DNA of 64,000 nucleotides from Thermoplasmata archaeon (GTDB lineage Archaea > Thermoplasmatota > SW-10-69-26 > JACQPN01 > JAJPHT01). The stretch lies in contig JAXDQU010000050.1 of assembly GCA_034667685.1 (NCBI GenBank), positions 1-64,000 of the forward strand, read 5' to 3'. Position 1 is the stretch's first letter. Each line of letters starts with the position of its first letter. Of the stretch, positions 57,396 through 64,000 are shown piece by piece. The notes beneath the pieces are model-generated. The model was not told the DNA's origin, did no database searches, and worked only from the letters and a program-made list of their open reading frames with translations. The position numbers were made by a program, and so were the translations under genes.

Positions 57396-60300
57396 TGACG
57401 TTTCCTCCGGGCGATGGCGTAGATGGTGACGGCGGCGGCCAGCACGAGCCCGAGCCCGGCGGCGCCGAAGAGCGGGACGCGCGAGATGCCCACGAGGCCC
57501 GCGAAGCTGGGCGCCTTGGCGTCCGCGAGCACGGTGGGCCCCTCGAGCGCGCCCGTCGCGGGCAGCGCGGTGGAGGCCTGGCCGCTCGTGGCGCGGAAGG
57601 CGTAGGAGTGCGCCTGGCCGGCGAGGGTCTGGGGCCCCATCTCGACGAGCGCGGACCAGTTGCACGCGCGCATGCAGCCTGGCTCCGGCGCCAGCGCGTG
57701 GGGCGCGCCGTCCACGACGACCTCGACGCGGGGCGTCGCGCCGGGGTCGGCGTCCACGTGGACGAGGAAGCGGAAGAAGCCGGGCCCGCCCAGGGGCGGA
57801 TCGACGCGGCCCTCCGAGAGGTGCGCGAGCGGCGTGGAGCGCACGACGATGGCCGCGGGCGCGCCCTCGTTGCCCGCGCGGTCGAGCGCCGCGACCTGGT
57901 AGGTCGCCTCGACGCCCGGCGGGATGCTATCATCGAGCGAGGTCTCGACGACCGTGCGGACCGGCGCGCGGACGTCGCCGAGCGTGCGGACGACGGCGTA
58001 GCCCGCGATGCCGCTGACGTTGTCCTGGCCCGACGACCACGAGAGGCGCACGTTGCCGTCGCCGAAGTCCTGCCAGCGCAGGCCCGCGACGGGGGCGGGC
58101 GGCTGGAGGTCGGGGACGGGCGCGCCGGCGACGGGGAGCGTGACCAGGCGGCCCGCCTGGTCGGTGAGCGTGAGCATCGCGGTGAAGTTGGCGCCGGGCG
58201 GCACCGAGAGCTCCATGCTGTGGAGCGTCGACCACGCCGCGTCGGCGCTGGGCGCGCCCTGCCCGAGCTGCACCTGGCTGCGCGTGGGGACCGTCGTGGC
58301 CACGCGCACGCTGACGCGCGAGTAGGTCAGCGGCGTGACGTCGAGGGCGGTCGTGGCGGCGGGCGTCGCGTCGACGATGCCGCTCGCGTGGAGCGTAACC
58401 TGGTTGCCGCCGAGGTCCTCGACGAGCACCGTGATATCAATTGGGCCGGGCTGCGCGTCCGAGGGGACCGGGACGTCGAGGCCGTAGGCGCGCGCGCCGG
58501 TCGCGTGGAGGCGCGCCTCGGCGCCGCCCAGCGCGGAGAGGTTCGCCACGACGCGGCGCACCTGGCCGGGCACGTCGACGCTCAGCGTGGCCGTGCCGCC
58601 GGGCGCGACGTGCGGCGCGTCGCGCGGGCCGTGCAGGCTCGCGCGGATCGCGGAGGCGTCGAGCGCGGCGACGTCGAGCGTGAACGCGATGCGGCCCAGG
58701 TTGCCCGCGCGGTCGGGGACGCGGATCTCGACCTGCGCGGGGCCGGTGGGGAGGCTGGGGACGACGCACGAGAGCGTGTTCCCCACGAGCATCGCCGCGC
58801 ACGGGACGTCCGCGAAGGTCCACGAGACGTTCGCGAAGTCGACGCCGCTTCCGCTCTCCTCGACGTCGAGGCCCAGCGCGGCGCCGGGCGCGACGTTCGC
58901 GCGCGGGCGCATGAGGAGCTGCGGGGGCGTCGCGTCGATGCGGACCGGGACGGGGGCGGAGGTCGCGGTCTCGCCCTCGGCGTCGGTGGCGATGAGGGTG
59001 AGGTTGTAGTCGCCGTCGCGGAACGTGCCCAGCTGCGCGACGAGGGTGCCCGCGCCGTGGTCGAACGCGCCGGCGCCGACGACCTCGGGGCTGCCGCGCG
59101 GGCCGGCGAGGACGGCCTGCAGCTCGCCGCTGACGGGCGCGCCGTCGAAGCGCGCGACGACCGCGTCGACGCGCGTGCGGTTGAGGACGTTGGTCGCGGG
59201 GATCGAGGCGTTCACGACCAGCGCGGGAGGCGTGTGGAACGCCGTGACGTTGGAGAGCGTCTCGATGCCGCCCTGCGTCTTCGACACCGCGCGCGCGAAG
59301 TAGTCGCTGTCCGGCAGGAGCCCCGTCAGGTTGACCGCGTGGCTGGCGCCGCCGGCGTCCTGCGCGGTCTGCTGGCCCAGCTGCGGGCTGAGGCCGTAGA
59401 GCACGCGGCCCCAGGTGGTGAGGTTGGTGGTCCACGAGACGACCGCGGTGTCGGCGCGCGGCGTCGTGACGACGGGGTCGGAGACGCTGGTGCGCGCGAG
59501 GCTCAGCGTGGCGTTGAGCGCGAGCGTGGCGAAGTTGCCCGCGGCGTCGGTGACGCGCACGCTGTAGTTGGCGACGCCGGCCGCGGTCGCGCGGTCGATG
59601 GGGATCTCGTTGGCGACGTAGGACGCGCCGTTCCAGCGCAGCGAGACGGCGCCCATCGAGGAGAGGTTGCCCACGTCCGCGAGGACGGTGAGCGAGCCGG
59701 GGTCGCTGAGGTTGTCGAGCGCGTCGACGCGCAGCGAGCCCAGGTCGCCCGGGTGCGCGAGGGTGCGCGCGTCGGCGCCGAAGCGGAGCGCGGCCGCGAG
59801 GATCACGGGCGGCTCGCCGTCGACGTCCACGTCGCCGATCTTCAGCGGCTGGGCCTGGTTGCCCGCGGCGTCCCACGCGGTGAGCGTGATCTGCTCGCGC
59901 GCGTTGCCCGTGGGGACCAGCGAGCCGCCCCAGAGTCCGTCGCCGAGGTTCGAGAGCGAGACCTGGTCGGGGCCGGCCTGCGCGACGATGCGCGCGACGC
60001 CGGTGCCGCGGTCCACGGCGGCGACCTTGATCGGGATGGGCGTGCCGGGCGCGACGTGCACGTCGATGTCGGTGAGCGGCGTGACCTGCGGAGCGACCGT
60101 GTCCATCACGCGCGTGGGGAGCGTCCGCGTGGCGATCGCGTCGAGGAAGCCGTCCGTGACCACGTCGGGCGCGTAGGGACGCGGCGTGCGCAGGCCTTCG
60201 ACGTTGCCCGAGTAATCTCTGCTCAACAGGAGGAGCTTGAAGGGCGTGCCATCGCCGGGCTGGCGCACGTCGACGTAGCCCTGCCACGAGGGGACCGTCA

Positions 60301-63300
60301 CGTGGGTCCAGGCGCCGTCGATCTGCTCGAAGGCCGTGGTGGTGGCCGCGCCCGAGCCCGCGTCACGCGCCTCGAACGGGATGCGCAGCAGGCCGCCAGT
60401 GGAGAAGCTGTCGGGGACGAGGAGCGGGAGCGGCGTGAGCGTCACGGGGGGCGTGCCGTCCATCGTGACGACCTGCTGGCTGGCGTTCTGGTGCCCGGCG
60501 TGGTCGACCTCGTCGAGCTTGAGGAGGTACTGGCCGTCGGGGATCGGGCTGCCGCGCAGGTCGAGCGGGACGTCGAGGATCTGATTGCCGCCCACGGGCG
60601 CCCGGTCGAGGAGCGTCAGCACGGTGGGGCCGACGAGCTGGAGCGTGACGTTCTCGCCCGGCGAGGCCTGCGCCGAGACGGCGTCCGAGGCGATCGCGTC
60701 GCCCGCCGCGTCCTGGGCGATGACCGCGTAGGTGTAGGGGAGGTCGGGCTCCGCGGTGGTGTCGAAGAGGAACGCGTCGGTGGAGCCGGGCTGGATGGTG
60801 CTGCCGTTGGGCGCCGTGCGGGTGATCTTGTACGAGGTCGCGCCCGGGACGGCGAGCCAGGTCACCTCGATGCCGCCTTCGGTGCCCTCGGCGCGCACGC
60901 CGGAGACGGGGCGCGGCAGGTCGGCGCGGATGTCCGTCTTGCCGGCGCTGCCGACGGCCTCCGCCAGCACGCCGCCCTCGATGCGCAGGGCGTGCACGCG
61001 GTACGTCGCGTTGGGGCCGGGCGGTGCGACGTCCACCCAGCGCAGCGGGGCGCGCGGGTCGAGGTAGCCCAGGGGGGTGCCGATGCCGTCCTGGACGCGC
61101 TCGAGGCGGTAGCCCACGACCGGGGGGAAGCTCTGCCTGGGCGCCGACCAGTTGAGGTAGACGTTGCCCGCGCCCGAGTAGGCGCTGACGAAGGGCACGC
61201 AGCCGGGCACGTTGCAGGCCGTGTCGGCCGCCGCGGCGCCCCACGGGTCGGGCTGCGCGACGGGGGTCCACAGGTCCGGGCCGGGCGTGAGGTACGGGAG
61301 GCCCACGCACGCGGCGCACGCGCCGGTCTCCAGGTCGCGGTCGATCCACGTCCTGAAGCGCAGCGGCGCGAGGGCGGGCGAGAGGGCCGCGGGGAGGTCG
61401 ACGCCCGCCGCGCGGGGCGCGTTGTCGATGGGGAGCGAACGGCTCGCCGCGAAGGGCTCCGCGTCCACGGCGGCGGCGGGCGAGGAGCCTCCCTCGGGCG
61501 TGCCCGTGCGCGCGTAGACGTAGCCCTCGATCTCGTGGAGGCCGTCGGGGAAGAGCAGGTGGCCCAGCGGGTCGCGCTGCGCCGTGTCGAAGAGGTAGGT
61601 GTACTCCCCGGTGGAGGCGAGGGTGCCGTTGCCGGCGGGCGCGTGGTCCACGTCGAACTCCACGCGGTCGACGGCGCTCACGGGGAGGCTGGTCGCGCTG
61701 CCCGCCGCGGTGCCCAGCCACGCGGCGAACGTGACGTTGCGCGAGCCGACGCCCGCGTCGGTCACGTTCGCGCCCTCGGCGCGGACCTGCGCGCCCACGA
61801 CGGGCTGCAGGACGGGCAGGAGCTGAGCCATGACGAGGCCGGGGAAGTCGCTGTCGACGCCGATGCCCTGCCCGGACTGCCAGGACCAGTCGTTGCGGTC
61901 CCCGTCCGACGCGCCGTTGACGACCTTCTGGTTGAGGGGATGGGCGCCGTGATAGCGGTCGAAGCCGCCCGCGTCGACGAAGGCCGCGACGGGCGGGGGC
62001 GTGCCGCTGACGCCCGCGGCGACGGCGGCGGGGCCGGAGGTGGCGCCCTGCGCGAGGGGCGCGTCGTCGGCGAGCTCGTAGTCGTCGTTGCCGCGGCGGT
62101 CCACGAGCGCCGCGGCGGTGGGCCAGCCCGCGCCCTGCGCCTGCGCGACCCAGCCTTCGCCGTCGGTCGCGTAGCCCTGGGCGCGTGTGGTGGCGAGGTA
62201 GGCGTCGGCGCCCGAGAGGTCGAGCAGGAGCGCGGTGCCGCCGTCGCCGTAGGCCTGCGCGTCCTGGCCGGCGGCGACGTAGCGGTCGTCGCCGTGGGGC
62301 GAGAGGAGCAGCGCGAAGCCGCCGCGCACCGCGGCCGCCTGGCCCAGCGCGACGTGGAGGGGTCGCGTGAGCGTGAACGACGTGCCGCCGGAGACCTCCT
62401 TGGTCGTGACGTCCCGGTACGGGCCGGTGAGGGTGAACGTGCCGGGGCCCTCGGCCTTGTAGAGGATCGCGAGGCCCGCGTCGGCATAGGCCTGGCTCAT
62501 GATGTCGGCGCGCAGGTCGTCGGCGCCCGAGCCGGAGAGGAGGAGCGCGCCCACGCTGGCGCCGGCGCGGAGCGCGGGCTCCACGCTCTGCTCGTTGAGG
62601 AGGCCGCGCTGGTCGACGTCGCCGCCGCCCAGCGTCGCGCCCTGCGCGTGGTCGCTCGCGACGAAGACGTTGTTGCCGCTCTCTTCGAGCAGCACGCCCA
62701 CGCCGTGCATGGCGAAGCCCTGGCCCGCCGTGCTGTTCGTGGTGGACTTGCCCTTCGAAAGCGCGCTCAGCGCGAAGCGGTCGCCCGCCGGGGCGCCGCT
62801 CGTGTCGAGGATGCCCAGGCCAAAGAGCGCCGCGCCCTGCGAGAGCGTCGTCGCCGAGGCGGTCGCGACGTCGGGCGCCTCGACGCCGGCCTGGACCTCG
62901 TAGCGGTTGCCGCCCCCGTTGACGCGCAGGATGCCCACGCCGAGGACGCCGGCGCCCTGCGCCGCGCCCACGACGCTCGCGCCGCCGGTGGCGTTCGCGT
63001 AGACCGAGAAGACGTTGCCGCCCCCGCCGTTCACGAGGACGCCCACGCCCAGCACGCCCGCGCCCTGCGCGCCGCCCACGAAGAGGGGGCCGTCGAGCGT
63101 GCTCGTGTCGCTGCCCAGGACGGCGTTCGTCGTGTAGCCGGAGAGCGGCGTGGACGCGTTGTACGCGTAGACGTCGCCGCCGCCCAGGTCGAGCGCGAGG
63201 CTGACGGGGAAGCTGGCGGAGCTGGCGCCCGCGCGGCTCAGGTGGGTGTTGGAGCCGCCCAGGTCGACCTGGAGCGCGCCCTCGCGCGTCCAGAGCGTGG

Positions 63301-64000
63301 AGGCCGTGGAGCCGACGCTGACGCCCAGCCGGGGCAGGTCGAGGAGCCAGCCGGTGGGCGAGGCCGTGTCGCCGGTGTAGACCTCGTCGGAGCTGCTGCC
63401 CGGGTCGCTTCCCACGACGACCGCGGCGCCGTCGGGGATGTCGTCGCGGTTCTTGTCCGCCGTGGGGCTCGGGTTGTTGATATCAAGGTAGGTGGCCACG
63501 CCGCCGGGGTTGCCGTTGGCGTCGGCGGAGGAGAGGAAGACGTCGTTCTTCTGCCTGGAGACGTCGTAGGTCGCGCCGTCCGCGCCGTGCACGAGGAAGA
63601 CGTCGGGGCCGTTGATATCAACGAACGTCGCGCTCGACGCGTTGGTCCAGCCGTCGATGCCCGTGGTGGACCGGTTGGTGACCGCGCCCTGGTAGCTGGG
63701 CAGCGCGTCCGGAGGCGTGGCGACGCCCACGCGGTCGTAGATCGTCGCGCCGCTGAGGTCGACGAACATCGCGTGGGCGGGGTTCGGGCTGCTCACGGTG
63801 GGGGTGCCGCCGGAGACCAGGATCTGGCTCCCCTCGGGCGCCGCGACGCCCTGCCAGGGCGCCTTGTAGACCGCGGCGCCGGTGAGCTTCACGAGGCTCG
63901 CGGAGCCGCCGGTCGCGTAGGCCTGCGAGAGGTTGCCCGCGATGAACTGGTCGTTGCCCGCCGCGTCGAGGAGGATCGCCGAGCCGGACCCGGCCGCGAA
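57392..64000 (-). CDS. Giant surface protein (>2200 aa, 5' end beyond window): Gly-rich beta-solenoid repeats, FN3/Ig domains, sorting signal
   Basis: Frame open to 64000; LLD..G.D.Y...AQG.A..G repeats; D.AGN Ig ends; VPLFG-TM-RRKR. Confidence 0.88.
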   Translation of the reverse strand, partial: FAAGSGSAILLDAAGNDQFIAGNLSQAYATGGSASLVKLTGAAVYKAPWQGVAAPEGSQILVSGGTPTVSSPNPAHAMFVDLSGATIYDRVGVATPPDALPSYQGAVTNRSTTGIDGWTNASSATFVDINGPDVFLVHGADGATYDVSRQKNDVFLSSADANGNPGGVATYLDINNPSPTADKNRDDIPDGAAVVVGSDPGSSSDEVYTGDTASPTGWLLDLPRLGVSVGSTASTLWTREGALQVDLGGSNTHLSRAGASSASFPVSLALDLGGGDVYAYNASTPLSGYTTNAVLGSDTSTLDGPLFVGGAQGAGVLGVGVLVNGGGGNVFSVYANATGGASVVGAAQGAGVLGVGILRVNGGGNRYEVQAGVEAPDVATASATTLSQGAALFGLGILDTSGAPAGDRFALSALSKGKSTTNSTAGQGFAMHGVGVLLEESGNNVFVASDHAQGATLGGGDVDQRGLLNEQSVEPALRAGASVGALLLSGSGADDLRADIMSQAYADAGLAILYKAEGPGTFTLTGPYRDVTTKEVSGGTSFTLTRPLHVALGQAAAVRGGFALLLSPHGDDRYVAAGQDAQAYGDGGTALLLDLSGADAYLATTRAQGYATDGEGWVAQAQGAGWPTAAALVDRRGNDDYELADDAPLAQGATSGPAAVAAGVSGTPPPVAAFVDAGGFDRYHGAHPLNQKVVNGASDGDRNDWSWQSGQGIGVDSDFPGLVMAQLLPVLQPVVGAQVRAEGANVTDAGVGSRNVTFAAWLGTAAGSATSLPVSAVDRVEFDVDHAPAGNGTLASTGEYTYLFDTAQRDPLGHLLFPDGLHEIEGYVYARTGTPEGGSSPAAAVDAEPFAASRSLPIDNAPRAAGVDLPAALSPALAPLRFRTWIDRDLETGACAACVGLPYLTPGPDLWTPVAQPDPWGAAAADTACNVPGCVPFVSAYSGAGNVYLNWSAPRQSFPPVVGYRLERVQDGIGTPLGYLDPRAPLRWVDVAPPGPNATYRVHALRIEGGVLAEAVGSAGKTDIRADLPRPVSGVRAEGTEGGIEVTWLAVPGATSYKITRTAPNGSTIQPGSTDAFLFDTTAEPDLPYTYAVIAQDAAGDAIASDAVSAQASPGENVTLQLVGPTVLTLLDRAPVGGNQILDVPLDLRGSPIPDGQYLLKLDEVDHAGHQNASQQVVTMDGTPPVTLTPLPLLVPDSFSTGGLLRIPFEARDAGSGAATTTAFEQIDGAWTHVTVPSWQGYVDVRQPGDGTPFKLLLLSRDYSGNVEGLRTPRPYAPDVVTDGFLDAIATRTLPTRVMDTVAPQVTPLTDIDVHVAPGTPIPIKVAAVDRGTGVARIVAQAGPDQVSLSNLGDGLWGGSLVPTGNAREQITLTAWDAAGNQAQPLKIGDVDVDGEPPVILAAALRFGADARTLAHPGDLGSLRVDALDNLSDPGSLTVLADVGNLSSMGAVSLRWNGASYVANEIPIDRATAAGVANYSVRVTDAAGNFATLALNATLSLARTSVSDPVVTTPRADTAVVSWTTNLTTWGRVLYGLSPQLGQQTAQDAGGASHAVNLTGLLPDSDYFARAVSKTQGGIETLSNVTAFHTPPALVVNASIPATNVLNRTRVDAVVARFDGAPVSGELQAVLAGPRGSPEVVGAGAFDHGAGTLVAQLGTFRDGDYNLTLIATDAEGETATSAPVPVRIDATPPQLLMRPRANVAPGAALGLDVEESGSGVDFANVSWTFADVPCAAMLVGNTLSCVVPSLPTGPAQVEIRVPDRAGNLGRIAFTLDVAALDASAIRASLHGPRDAPHVAPGGTATLSVDVPGQVRRVVANLSALGGAEARLHATGARAYGLDVPVPSDAQPGPIDITVLVEDLGGNQVTLHASGIVDATPAATTALDVTPLTYSRVSVRVATTVPTRSQVQLGQGAPSADAAWSTLHSMELSVPPGANFTAMLTLTDQAGRLVTLPVAGAPVPDLQPPAPVAGLRWQDFGDGNVRLSWSSGQDNVSGIAGYAVVRTLGDVRAPVRTVVETSLDDSIPPGVEATYQVAALDRAGNEGAPAAIVVRSTPLAHLSEGRVDPPLGGPGFFRFLVHVDADPGATPRVEVVVDGAPHALAPEPGCMRACNWSALVEMGPQTLAGQAHSYAFRATSGQASTALPATGALEGPTVLADAKAPSFAGLVGISRVPLFGAAGLGLVLAAAVTIYAIARRKRQ

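Overview
Very GC-rich (about 74% by eye) window that reads as archaeal, probably a high-GC Thermoplasmatota-type lineage. This is inferred from Taw1/TYW1, HTH_10 and COG1497-type regulators, BRE/TATA-like leaderless promoters and archaeosortase-type C-terminal signals. Four blocks: (1) 0-6.7 kb, a putative cobalamin-uptake locus (two DUF4430 proteins, a wHTH regulator, a double ECF ATPase, an EcfT-S fusion and a prenyltransferase-repeat/PKD surface protein) whose two promoters share a 34-bp dyad. (2) 6.8-13.3 kb, housekeeping genes (taw1, GIY-YIG, FMN reductase, thioesterase, RNB nuclease). (3) 13.3-27.8 kb, an accessory block with an expansin-like protein in reversed domain order, orphan CheB-CheR-PAS between HTH_10 regulators, and a GT2/GlmS/deacetylase exopolysaccharide locus. 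(4) 27.8-64 kb, a cell-surface cluster with a MoxR-DUF58 operon, three small secreted proteins and giant CARDB/FN3/Ig proteins, the last running off the window. The strongest hidden signal is the AT-rich palindrome TGATATCA (14 exact copies, plus 5 of TGATAGCA/TGCTATCA) written into coding sequence with rare codons and absent from the accessory block. All family assignments are from motif recognition by eye, not database searches.
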